Assembly: GCA_009914755.4 (NCBI GenBank)
Contig: CP086569.2
Coordinates: 30,848,001-30,912,000 of the forward strand
DNA from: the human T2T-CHM13v2.0 reference genome, Homo sapiens
Direction: 5' to 3'
DNA length: 64,000 nt
This document shows, piece after piece, positions 27,772 through 41,955 of the stretch. A model generated the notes under the pieces. The model did no database searches. It saw only the letters and a program-made list of their open reading frames with translations, and was not told the origin of the DNA. The translations under genes were made by a program, and so were the position numbers. Position 1 is the first letter of the stretch, and each line of letters begins with the position of its first letter.

Positions 27772-30700
27772 ACGGAATGGAATCTAATGGAATGGAATTA
27801 AATGGAAATGAACCAAATTGAATAGCACGGAATTGAATTGAATGGAATGGAATGCAATGGAATCTAATGAAACGGAAAGGAAAGGAATGGAATGGAATGG
27901 AATGGGCTGGAATGGAAAGGAATCGAAACGAATGGAATGGAATCGAACTGAAGAGACTGGAATGGAATGCACTGGAATGGAAGGGAGTGTAATGGAAGGT
28001 TCTCGAAAAAAATGGAATCGAATGGAATGGAATTGAATGGAACGGAATAGAGTCGAATGGAATTGAATGGAATGGAATGGACTAGAGTGAAATGGAATCG
28101 AACCACAAGGAATGGACAGGAATAGAATGGTCTCGAATTGAATGGAATCGTATGGAATGGCATCAAACGGAATGGAATGGACAGCCACGGAATGGAATGC
28201 ACTCGAATGCAATGGAGTCGAAACTAATGGACTGGAATAGAATGGACTCGACTGGTACGGACTCCAATGGAATGGAATCGAATGGAAGGGAATCGAACGG
28301 AATGGACTCGAAGGGAAAAGACTGCAATGGAAAGGTCTCGAATGGAATGGAAATTAATGGAATGGAATGGAATCGAATGAAATGGAGTCAAAAGGAATGG
28401 AATCGAATGGCAAGAAATCGAATGTAATGGAATCGCAAGGAATTGATGTGAACGGAACGGAATGGAATGGAATCCAAAGGAATGGAATAGAATGGAATGG
28501 AATCGAATGGAAAGGACTCGAATGGAAATCACTCGAATAGAATGCAATTTAATAAAATAGGATCAAATGTAATGGAATGGAATGGAAAGGAATCGAAACG
28601 AAAGGAATGGAGACAGATGGAATGGAATAGAACAGAGAGCAATGGTATAGAATGGAATGGAATCATCTGGAATGGAATTGAATGGAATGGAATAATATGA
28701 AATGGAATGGAATGGAATGGAATGGAATGCCCTTGAATTAAATGGACTGGAATGGAATGGACTCGAACAGAGTGGAATGGAAAGTGTTGAGATAGAATGG
28801 AATGGACTCCTTTGGAATGGTGTAGAATGCAATGCAATCGACTGGCAGGGAATCAAAAGGAATGTAATGGAATGGACTGGACTGGAATGCAATGGACTCG
28901 AATAGATTGGAAACGGAATGCAAAGGAATGGAATGGAATAGTATGGAATGGAATGGAAAGGAATGGAGTGGAATAGACTAGAGTGGAATGGAATGGACTG
29001 GAAAGCAATGGACTGGAATGGATCTTTCTTGAATGGACTGGAATCAATCGGAATGGAATGCAATGCAATCAAATGGCATGGAATAAAATAGAATGAAAGA
29101 GAATCAAATGGAATTGAATCGAATGGAATCGAATGGATTGGAAAGGAATAGAATGGAATGGAATGGAATTGACTCAAATGGAATGGACTAGAATGGAATG
29201 GATTCGAATGGAAGGCAAAGGAATGGAATCTATTGGAATGGACTGTAATGGAATGGAATGGAAGGGATTGGAATGGACTCGAATGGAATGGACTGCAATA
29301 GAAAGGATTCGAATGGAATGAAAAAGAATTGAATGGAATAGAACAGAATGGAATCAAATCGAATGAAATGGAATGGAATAGAAAGGAATGGAATGAAATG
29401 GAATGGAAAGGATTCGAATGGAATGCAATCGAATGGAATGGAATCGAACGGAATGGAATAAAATGGAAGAAAACTGGCAAGAAATGGAATCGAAATGAAT
29501 GGAGTGTTATGGAACGGACTCAAAAGGAATTGAATGTAATAGAATGGAGTGGAGTGGACTCGAATATAATGGACTGGAATGGAATGAAATCACATGGAAT
29601 GGGAACGAATGGAATGGAATGGAAAGGAATGGAATCGAATGGAAAGGAATCGAATGGAAGGGAATGAAATTGAATCAACAGGAATGGAAGGGAATAGAAT
29701 AGACGGTAATGGAATGGACTCGAATAGAATGGACACGAATGCTCAAATTGAATGGACTCGAATGGAATGGAAACGAAAGGAATGTCATCGAATGGAATTG
29801 AATCGATTGGAATGAAATCGCATAGAATGGAGTGGAATCAAATGGAATTGAATCGAAAGGAAAGGAAGCGAATGGACTGAAATGAAATGGAATGGAATTG
29901 AATGGAAAGTAATGCAATGGAATAGAATGGAACGAAATTTCACGGAATGGAATCAAACTGAATGGAATCAAATCAATGGAATCAAATCAAATGGAATGGA
30001 AAGGAATTGAATGGAGTAGATGGGATTGGATGGGATTGGAATGAAATGTACTGGAAAGGACTCGAATTTCATGAAACGGAATGGAATGAATTGGAACGGA
30101 ATGGACTCGAATGGAATGGAATGTCATGGAATGGCATCGAATGGAATGGCATCAAATGGAATGGAATCGACTGCAATGGAATGTTATGGAATGGAATGGA
30201 ATGCATTGGAATGGAATGTCCTCTAATGGAATGGATTCGAGTGGAATGGAATCGAATATAATGGAGTCGAATGAAATGGAATTGAAAGGAATGGGATCGA
30301 ATAGAATGGAATATACTGGAATGTAATGTAATGAACACGAATGTAATTGACTGGAATGGAATGTACATGAATGGAAGGTAATCGAATGGAAAGTAATCCA
30401 ATGGAATAGAATCTAATGCAATAAAACCGACTCAGATAGAGTAGAATGTAATGGAATGGAGTGCAGTGCAATGGAATGGAATGGAATTGAATGCAATGGA
30501 ATGGAATGGAATGGAATGGAATGGGATGGAATGGGATGGAATGGTATGGAATGGATAGAAATGGACTGGAGTGAAATGGACTGGAAAGGAATGCACTCAA
30601 ATTGAAAGGGCTCGAAAGGAATGGAGTCAAATGGAATGGTCTGGAATGGAATGAACACGAATGTAATGCAATCCAATAGAATGGAATCGAATGGCATGGA

Positions 30701-31330
30701 ATATAAAGAAATGGATTCGAAGAGAATGGAAACAAATGGAATGGAATTGAATGGAATGGAATTGAATGGAATGGGAACGAATGGAGTGAAATTGTATGCA
30801 GTAGAAGGGAATAGAATGGAATGCAAGCGAAAGGAAAGGAATGGATTGGAATGGAATGGAATTCATTGGAATGGAAGGGAATGTAGTGTAATGGACAGGC
30901 CTGGAATAAAGTGGAATGCTACGGTCTCGAATGGAATAAAAATGTATGGAATGGAATGCAATGAAACGGAATCGAATGTCATAGAATGTAATGGAATGCA
31001 AAAAAATGGAATCCAAAATCATTGACTGGAAAGGATGGGTGTCGAAAGGAATTGACTCCAATGGAATGGAATCGAATGGAATGGAAGTGAATAGAATCGA
31101 ACTAAATCGAATGGAATGGAATTGATAGGAACGGAATGGAAAGGAATGCAATGATTTGGCATGGAATGGAATCGAATGGCATCGAATGGAATGGAATGGA
31201 ATGCAATGGAATGGAATGTATTAGAATGTAATGAACTTTAATGGAATGTACTCGAATGGATTCGACTGGAATGGAATGTTCTGGAAGTGAATGGACTCCA
31301 ATGGAATGGATTCAAAAGGAATGGAATCGT
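27772..31330 (+). repeat. HSat3 HOR unit 10 (3559 bp)
   Basis: Anchor at 27772. The second half is identical in the ORF track to unit 8 (22500-24227 matches 29600-31330). Confidence 0.8.
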
Positions 31331-34300
31331 ACGGAATGGAATCTAATGGAATGGAATTAAATGGAAATGAATCAAATTGAATAGCACGGAATTGAATTGA
31401 ATGGAATGGAATGCAATGGAATCTAATGAAACGGAAAGGAAAGGAATGGAATGGAATGGAATGGGCTGGAATGGAAAGGAATCGAAACGAATGGAATGGA
31501 ATCGAACTGAAGAGACTGGAATGGAATGCACTGGAATGGAAGGGAGTGTAATGGAAGGTTCTCGAAAAAAATGGAATCGAATGGAATGGAATTGAATGGA
31601 ACGGAATAGAGTCGAATGGAATTGAATGGAATGGAATGGACTAGAGTGAAATGGAATCGAACCACAAGGAATGGACAGGAATAGAATGGTCTCGAATTGA
31701 ATGGAATCGTATGGAATGGCATCAAACGGAATGGAATGGACAGCCACGGAATGGAATGCACTCGAATGCAATGGAGTCGAAACTAATGGACTGGAATAGA
31801 ATGGACTCGACTGGTACGGACTCCAATGGAATGGAATCGAATGGAAGGGAATCGAACGGAATGGACTCGAAGGGAAAAGACTGCAATGGAAAGGTCTCGA
31901 ATGGAATGGAAATTAATGGAATGGAATGGAATCGAATGAAATGGAGTCAAAAGGAATGGAATCGAATGGCAAGAAATCGAATGTAATGGAATCGCAAGGA
32001 ATTGATGTGAACGGAACGGAATGGAATGGAATCCAAAGGAATGGAATAGAATGGAATGGAATCGAATGGAAAGGACTCGAATGGAAATCACTCGAATAGA
32101 ATGCAATTTAATAAAATAGGATCAAATGTAATGGAATGGAATGGAAAGGAATCGAAACGAAAGGAATGGAGACAGATGGAATGGAATAGAACAGAGAGCA
32201 ATGGTATAGAATGGAATGGAATCATCTGGAATGGAATTGAATGGAATGGAATAATATGAAATGGAATGGAATGGAATGGAATGGAATGCCCTTGAATTAA
32301 ATGGACTGGAATGGAATGGACTCGAACAGAGTGGAATGGAAAGTGTTGAGATAGAATGGAATGGACTCCTTTGGAATGGTGTAGAATGCAATGCAATCGA
32401 CTGGCAGGGAATCAAAAGGAATGTAATGGAATGGACTGGACTGGAATGCAATGGACTCGAATAGATTGGAAACGGAATGCAAAGGAATGGAATGGAATAG
32501 TATGGAATGGAATGGAAAGGAATGGAGTGGAATAGACTAGAGTGGAATGGAATGGACTGGAAAGCAATGGACTGGAATGGATCTTTCTTGAATGGACTGG
32601 AATCAATCGGAATGGAATGCAATGCAATCAAATGGCATGGAATAAAATAGAATGAAAGAGAATCAAATGGAATTGAATCGAATGGAATCGAATGGATTGG
32701 AAAGGAATAGAATGGAATGGAATGGAATTGACTCAAATGGAATGGACTAGAATGGAATGGATTCGAATGGAAGGCAAAGGAATGGAATCTATTGGAATGG
32801 ACTGTAATGGAATGGAATGGAAGGGATTGGAATGGACTCGAATGGAATGGACTGCAATAGAAAGGATTCGAATGGAATGAAAAAGAATTGAATGGAATAG
32901 AACAGAATGGAATCAAATCGAATGAAATGGAATGGAATAGAAAGGAATGGAATGAAATGGAATGGAAAGGATTCGAATGGAATGCAATCGAATGGAATGG
33001 AATCGAACGGAATGGAATAAAATGGAAGAAAACTGGCAAGAAATGGAATCGAAATGAATGGAGTGTTATGGAACGGACTCAAAAGGAATTGAATGTAATA
33101 GAATGGAGTGGAGTGGACTCGAATATAATGGACTGGAATGGAATGAAATCACATGGAATGGGAACGAATGGAATGGAATGGAAAGGAATGGAATCGAATG
33201 GAAAGGAATCGAATGGAAGGGAATGAAATTGAATCAACAGGAATGGAAGGGAATAGAATAGACGGTAATGGAATGGACTCGAATAGAATGGACACGAATG
33301 CTCAAATTGAATGGACTCGAATGGAATGGAAACGAAAGGAATGTCATCGAATGGAATTGAATCGATTGGAATGAAATCGCATAGAATGGAGTGGAATCAA
33401 ATGGAATTGAATCGAAAGGAAAGGAAGCGAATGGACTGAAATGAAATGGAATGGAATTGAATGGAAAGTAATGCAATGGAATAGAATGGAACGAAATTTC
33501 ACGGAATGGAATCAAACTGAATGGAATCAAATCAATGGAATCCAATCAAATGGAATGGAGTAGATTGGATTGGATGGGATTGGAATGAAATGTACTGGAA
33601 AGGACTCGAATTTCATGAAACGGAATGGAATGAATTGGAACGGAATGGACTCGAATGGAATGGAATGTCATAGAATGGCATCAAATGGATTGGCATCAAA
33701 TGGAATGGAATAGAATGCAATGGAATGCTATGGAATGGAATGGAATGCATTGGAATGGAATGTCCTCTAATGGAATGGATTCGAGTGGAATGGAATCGAA
33801 TATAATGGAGTCGAATGAAATGGAATTGAAAGGAATGGGATCGAATACAATGGAATATACTGGAATGTAATGTAATGAACTCGAATGTAATTGACTGGAA
33901 TGGAATGTACATGAATGGAATGTAATCGAATGGAAAGTAATCCAATGGAATAGAATCTAATACAATAAAATCGACTCAGATAGAGTAGAATGTAATGGAA
34001 TGGAGTGCAGTGCAATGGAATGGAATGGAATGGAATGCAATGGAATGGAATGGAATGGAATGGAATGGAATGGAATGGAATGGAATGGGATGGGATGGAA
34101 TGGTATGGAATGGATAGTAATGGACTGGAGTGAAATGGACTGGAAAGGAATGGACTCAAATTGAAAGGGCTCGAAAGGAATGGAGTCAAATGGAATGGTC
34201 TGGAATGGAATGAACACGAAAGTAATGCAATCCAATAGAATGGAATCGAATGGCATGGAATATAAAGAAATGGAATCGAAGAGAATGGAAACAAATGGAA

Positions 34301-34889
34301 TGGAATTGAATGGAATGGAATTGAATGGAATGGGAACGAATGGAGTGAAATTGTATGCAGTAGAAGGGAATAGAATGGAATGCAAGCGAAAGGAAAGGAA
34401 TGGATTGGAATGGAATGGAATTCATTGGAATGGAAGAGAATGTAGTGTAATGGACAGGCCTGGAATAAAGTGGAATGCTACGGTCTCGAATGGAATAAAA
34501 ATGTATGGAATGGAATGCAATGAAACGGAATCGAATGTCATAGAATGTAATGGAATGCAAAAAAATGGAATCCAAAATCATTTACTGGAAAGGCTGGGTG
34601 TCGAAAGGAATTGACTGCAATGAAATGGAATCGAATGGAATGGAAGTGAATAGAATCGAACTAAATCGAATGGAATGGAATTGATAGGAACGGAATGGAA
34701 AGGAATGCAATGATTTGGCATGGAATGGAATCGAATGGCATCGAATGGAATGGAATGGAATGCAATGGAATGGAATGTATTACAATGTAATGAACATTAA
34801 TGGAATGTACTCGAATGGATTCGACTGGAATGGAATGTTCTGGAAGTGAATGCACTCCAATGGAATGGATTCGAAAGGAATGGAATCGA
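31331..34889 (+). repeat. HSat3 HOR unit 11 (3559 bp)
   Basis: Anchor at 31331. The first ~1.7-1.8 kb (31331 to ~33040) matches the corresponding part of unit 10 in the ORF track (KKDPFQ, IDSSPF, SSPVHS). The second half instead carries unit 1/13-type variants. Confidence 0.8.
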
Positions 34890-37800
34890 ACGGAATGGAT
34901 TCTAATGGAATGGAATTAAATGGAAATGAATCAAATTGAATAGCACGGAATTGAATTGAATGGAATCGAATGCAATGGAATCTAATGAAACGGAAAGGAA
35001 AGAATGGAATGGAATAGAATGGGCTGGAATGGAAAGGAATCGAAACGAATGGAATGGAATCGAACTGAAGAGACTGGAATGGAATGCACTGGAATGGAAG
35101 GGAGTGTAATGGAAGGTTCTCGAAAAAAATGGAATCGAATGGAATGGAATTGAATGGAACGGAATAGAGTCGAATGGAATTGAATGGAATGGAATGGACT
35201 AGAGTGAAATGGAATCGAACCACAAGGAATGGACAGGAATAGAATGGTCTCGAATTGAATGGAATCGTATGGAATGGCATCAAACGGAATGGAATGGACA
35301 GCCACGGAATGGAATGCACTCGAATGCAATGGAGTCGAAACTAATGGACTGGAATAGAATGGACTCGACTGGTACGGACTCCAATGGAATGGAATCGAAT
35401 GGAAGGGAATCGAACGGAATGGACTCGAAGGGAAAAGACTGCAATGGAAAGGTCTCGAATGGAATGGAAATTAATGGGATGGAATGGAATCGAATGAAAT
35501 GGAGTCAAAAGGAATGGAATCGAATGGTAAGAAATTGAATGTAATGGAATCGCAAGGAATTGATGTGAACGGAACGGAATGGAATGGAATCCAAAGGAAT
35601 GGAATAGAATGGAATGGAATCGAATGGAAAGGACTCGAATGGAAATCACTCGAATAGAATGCAATTTAATAAAATAGGATCAAATGTAATAGAATGGAAT
35701 GGAAAGGAATCGAAACGGAAGGAATGGAGACAGATGGAATGGAATGGAACAGAGAGCAATGGTATAGAATGGAATGGAATCATCTGGAATGGAATTGAAT
35801 GGAATGGAATAATATGAAATGGAATGGAATGGAATGGAATGGAATGCCCTTGAATTAAATGGACTGGACTCGAACAGAGTGGAATGGAAAGTGTTGAGAT
35901 AGAATGGAATGGACTCCTTTGGAATGGTGTAGTATGCAATGCAATCGACTGGCAGGGAATCAAAAGGAATGTAATGGAATGGATTGGACTGGAATGCAAA
36001 GGACTCGAATAGATTGGAAACGGAATGCAAAGGAATGGAATGGAATTGTATGGAATTCAATGGAAGGGAATGGAGTGGAATAGACTAGAGTGGAATGGAA
36101 TGGACTGGAAAGCAATGGACTGGAATGGAACTTTCTTGGATGGATTGGAATCAAACGGAATGGAATGCAATGCAATCAAATGGCATGGAATAAAATAGAA
36201 TGAAAGAGAATCAAATGGAATTGAATCGAATGGAATCGAATGGATTGGAAAGGAATAGAATGTAATGGAATGGAATTGACTCAAATGGAATGGACTAGAA
36301 TGGAATGGATTCGAATGGAAGGCAAAGGAATGGAATCTATTGGAATGGACTGTAATGGAATGGAATGGAAGGGATTGGAATGGACTCGAATGGAATGGAC
36401 TGCAATAGAAAGGATTCGAATGGAATGAAAAAGAATTGAATGGAATAGAACAGAATGGAATCAAATCGAATGAAATGGAATGGAATAGAAAGGAATGGAA
36501 TGAAATGGAATGGAAAGGATTCGAATGGAATGCAATCGAATGGAATGGAATCGAACGGAATGGAATAAAATGGAAGAAAACTGGCAAGAAATGGAATCGA
36601 AATGAATGGAGTGTTATGGAACGGAGTCAAAAGGAATTGAATGTAATAGAATGGAGTGGAGTGGACTCGAATATAATGGACTGGAATGGAATGAAATCAC
36701 ATGGAATGGGAACGAATGGAATGGAATGGAAAGGAATGGAATCGAATGGAAAGGAATCGAATGGAAGGGAATGAAATTGAATCAACACGAATGGAAGGGA
36801 ATAGAATAGACTGTAATGGAATGGACTCGAATAGAATGGACACGAATGTTCAAATTAAATGGACTCGAATGGAATGGAAACGAAAGGAATGTCATCGAAT
36901 GGAATTGAATCGATTGGAATGAAATCGCATAGAATGGAGTGGAATCAAATGGAATTGAATCGAAAGGAAAGGAAGCGAATGGACTGAAATGAAATGGAAT
37001 GGAATTGAATGGAAAGTAATGCAATGGAATAGAATGGAACGAAATTTCACGGAATGGAATCAAACTGAATGGAATCAAATCAATGGAATCAAATCAAATG
37101 GAATGGAAAGGAATTGAATGGAGTAGATGGGATTGGATGGGATTGGAATGAAATGTACTGGAAAGGACTCGAATTTCATGAAACGGAATGGAATGAATTG
37201 GAACGCAATGGACTCGAATGGAATGGAATGTCATGGGATGGCATCAAATGGAATGGAATCGAATGCAATGGAATGCTATGGAATGGAATGGAATGCATTG
37301 GAATGGAATGTCCTCTAATGGAATGGATTCGAGTGGAATGGAATTGAATATAATGGAGTCGAATGAAATGGAATTGAAAGGAATGGGATCGAATACAATG
37401 GAATATACTGGAATGTAACGTAATGAACTCGAATGTAATTGACTGGAATGGAATGTACATGAATGGAATGTAATCGAATGGAAAGTAATCCAATGGAATA
37501 GAATCTAATGCAATAAAATCGACCCAGATAGAGTAGAATGTAATGGAATGGAGTGCAGTGCAATGGAATGGAATGGAATGGAATGCAATTGAATGGAATG
37601 GAATGGAATGGAATGGGATGGAATGGTATGGAATGGATAGTAATGGACTGGAGTGAAATGGACTGGAAAGGAATGGACTCAAATTGAAAGGGCTCGAAAG
37701 GAATGGAGTCAAATGGAATGGTCTGGAATGGAATGAACACGAATGTAATGCAATCCAATAGAATGGAATCGAATGGCATGGAATATAAAGAAATGGAATC

Positions 37801-38412
37801 GAAGAGAATGGATACAAATGGAATGGAATTGAATGGAATGGAATTGAATGGAATGGGAACGAATGGAGTGAAATTGTATGCAGTAGAAGAGAATAGAATG
37901 GAATGCAAGCGAAAGGAAAGGAATGGATAGGAATGGAATGGAATTCATTGGAATGGAAGGGAATGTAGTGTAATGGACAGGCCTGGAATAAAGTGGAATG
38001 CTACGGTCTCGAATGGAATAAAAATGTATGGAATGGAATGCAATGAAACGGAATCGAATGTCATAGAATGTAATGGAATGCAACAAAATGGAATCCAAAA
38101 TCATTGACTGGAAAGGCTGGGTGTCGAAAGGAATTGACTCCAATGGAATGGAATCGAATGGAATGGAAGTGAATAGAATCGAACTAAATCGAATGGAATG
38201 GAATTGATAGGAACGGAATGGAAAGGAATGCAATGATTTGGCATGGAATGGAATCGAATGGCATCGAATGGAATGGAATGGAATGCAATGGAATGGAATG
38301 TATTAGAATGTAATGAACATTAATGGAATGTACTCGAATGGATTCGACTGGAATGGAATGTTCTGGAAGTGAATGGACTCCAATGGAATGGATTCGAAAG
38401 GAATGGAATCGA
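34890..38412 (+). repeat. HSat3 HOR unit 12 (3523 bp; several small deletions)
   Basis: Anchor variant gaacggaatggattctaatgg at ~34890. A 13-15 bp loss near 35860 (aaatggactggactcgaac). Confidence 0.75.
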
Positions 38413-41400
38413 ACGGAATGGAATCTAATGGAATGGAATTAAATGGAAATGAATCAAATTGAATAGCACGGAATTGAATTGAATGGAATCGAATGCAATG
38501 GAATCTATTGAAACGGAAAGGAAAGAATGGAATGGAATAGAATGGGCTGGAATGGAAAGGAATCGAAACGAATGGAATGGAATCGAACTGAAGAGACTGG
38601 AATGGAATGCACTGGAATGGAAGGGAGTGTAATGGAAGGTTCTCGAAAAAAATGGAATCGAATGGAATGGAATTGATTGGAACGGAATAGAGTCGAATGG
38701 AATTGAATGGAATGGAATGGACTAGAGTGAAATGGAATCGAACCACAAGGAATGGACAGGAATAGAATGGTCTCGAATTGAATGGAATCGTATGGAATGG
38801 CATCAAACGGAATGGAATGGACAGCCACGGAATGGAATGCACTCGAATGCAATGGAGTCGAAACTAATGGACTGGAATAGAATGGACTCGACTGGTACGG
38901 ACTCCAATGGAATGGAATCGAATGGAAGGGAATCGAACGGAATGGACTCGAAGGGAAAAGACTGCAATGGAAAGGTCTCGAATGGAATGGAAATTAATGG
39001 GATGGAATGGAATCGAATGAAATGGAGTCAAAAGGAATGGAATCGAATGGCAAGAAATCGAATGTAATGGAATCGCAAGGAATTGATGTGAACGTAACGG
39101 AATGGAATGGAATCCAAAGGAATGGAATAGAATGGAATGGAATCGAATGGAAAGGACTCGAATGGAAATCACTCGAATAGAATGCAATTTAATAAAATAG
39201 GATCAAATGTAATAGAATGGAATGGAAAGGAATCGAAACGGAAGGAATGGAGACAGATGGAATGGAATGGAACAGAGAGCAATGGTATAGAATGGAATGG
39301 AATCATCTGGAATGGAATTGAATGGAATGGAATAATATGAAATGGAATGGAATGGAATGGAATGGAATGCCCTTGAATTAAATGGACTGGAATGGAATGG
39401 ACTCGAACAGAGTGGAATGGAAAGTGTTGAGATAGAATGGAATGGACTCATTTGGAATGGTGTAGTATGCAATGCAATCGACTGGCAGGGAATCAAAAGG
39501 AATGTAATCGAATGGATTGGACTGGAATGCAATGGATTCGAATAGATTGCAAACGGAATGCAAAGGAATGGAATGGAATAGTATGGAATGGAATGGAAAG
39601 GAATGGAGTGGAATAGACTAGAGTGGAATGGAATGGACTGGAAAGCAATGGACTGGAATGGAACTTTCTTGAATGGACAGGAATCAAACGGAATGGAATG
39701 CAATGCAATCAAATGGCATGGAATAAAATAGAATGAAAGAGAATCAAATGGAATTGAATGGAATGGAATGGAATGTAATGGAATGGAATGGAATGGACTA
39801 GAATGGAATGGAATGGAATGGACTAGAATGGAATGGATTCGAATGGAAGGCAAAGGAATGGATTCTATTGGAATGGACTGTAATGGAATGGAATGGAAGG
39901 GATTGGAATGGACTCGAATGGAATTGACTGCAATAGAAAGGATTCGAATGGAATGAAAAAGAATTGAATGGAATAGAACAGAATGGAATCAAATCGAATG
40001 AAATGGAATGGAATAGAAAGGAATGGAATGAAATGGAATGGAAAGGATTCGAATGGAATGCAATCGAATGGAATGGAATCGAACGGAATGGAATAAAATG
40101 GAAGAAAACTGGCAAGAAATGGAATCGAAATGAATGGAGTGTTATGGAACGGACTCAAAAGGAATTGAATGTAATAGAATGGAGTGGAGTGGACTCGAAT
40201 ATAATGGACTGGAATGGAATGAAATCACATGGAATGGGAACGAGTGGAATGGAATGGAAAGGAATGGAATCGAATGGAAAGGAATCGAATGGAAGGGAAT
40301 GAAATTGAATCAACAGGAATGGAAGGGAATAGAATAGACGGTAATGGAATGGACTCGAATAGAATGGACACGAATGCTCAAATTGAATGGACTCGAATGG
40401 AATGGAAACGAAAGGAATGTCATCGAATGGAATTGAATCGATTGGAATGAAATCGCATAGAATGGAGTGGAATCAAATGGAATTGAATCGAAAGGAAAGG
40501 AAGCGAATGGACTGAAATGAAATGGAATGGAATTGAATGGAAAGTAATGCAATGGAATAGAATGGAACGAAATTTCACGGAATGGAATCAAACTGAATGG
40601 AATCAAATCAATGGAATCCAATCAAATGGAATGGAGTAGATTGGATTGGATGGGATTGGAATGAAATGTACTGGAAAGGACTCGAATTTCATGAAACGGA
40701 ATGGAATGAATTGGAACGGAATGGACTCGAATGGAATGGAATGTCATAGAATGGTATCAAATGGAATGGCATCAAATGGAATGGAATCGAATGCAATGGA
40801 ATGCTATGGAATGGAATGGAATGCATTGGAATGGAATGTCCTCTAATGGAATGGATTCGAGTGGAATGGAATCGAATATAATGGAGTCGAATGAAATGGA
40901 ATTGAAAGGAATGGGATGGAATACAATGGAATATACTGGAATGTAATGTAATGAACTCGAATATAATTGACTGGAATGGAATGTACATGAGTGGAATGTA
41001 ATCGAATGGAAAGTAATCCAATGGAATAGAATCTAATGCAATAAAATCGACTCAGATAGAGTAGAATGTAATGGAATGGAGTGCAGTGCAATGGAATGGA
41101 ATGGAATGGAATGCAATGGAATGGAATGGAATGGAATGGAATGGAATGGAATGGAGTGGGATGGAATGGTATGGAATGGATAGTAATGGACTGGAGTGAA
41201 ATGGACTGGAAAGGAATGGACTCAAATTGAAAGGTCTCGAAAGGAATGGAGTCAAATGGAATGGTCTGGAATGGAATGAACACGAAAGTAATGCAATCCA
41301 ATAGAATGGAATCGAATGGCATGGAATATAAAGAAATGGAATCGAAGAGAATGGAAACAAATGGAATGGAATTGAATGGAATGGAATTGAATGGAATGTG

Positions 41401-41955
41401 AACGAATGGAGTGAAATTGTATGCAGTAGAAGAGAATAGAATGGAATGCAAGCGAAAGGAAAGGAATGGATTGGAATGGAATGGAATTCATTGGAATGGA
41501 AGGGAATGTAGTGTAATGGACAGGCCTGGAATAAAGTGGAATGCTACGGTCTCGAATGGAATAAAAATGTGTGGAATGGAATGCAATGAAACGGAATCGA
41601 ATGTCATAGAATGTAATGGAATGCAAAAAAATGGAATCCAAAATCATTGAATGCAAAGGCTGGGTGTCGAAAGGAATTGACTCCAATGGAATGGAATCGA
41701 ATGGAATGGAAGTGAATAGAATCGAACTAAATCGAATGGAATGGAATTGATAGGAACGGAATGGAAAGGAATGCAATGATTTGGCATGGAATGGAATCGA
41801 ATGGCATCGAATGGAATGGAATGGAATGCAATGGAATGGAATGTATTAGAATGTAATGAACTTTAATGGAATGTACTCGAATGGATTCGACTGGAATGGA
41901 ATGTTCTGGAAGTGAATGGACTCCAATGGAATGGATTCAAAAGGAATGGAATCGT
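38413..41955 (+). repeat. HSat3 HOR unit 13 (3543 bp)
   Basis: Anchor at ~38413. Confidence 0.75.
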
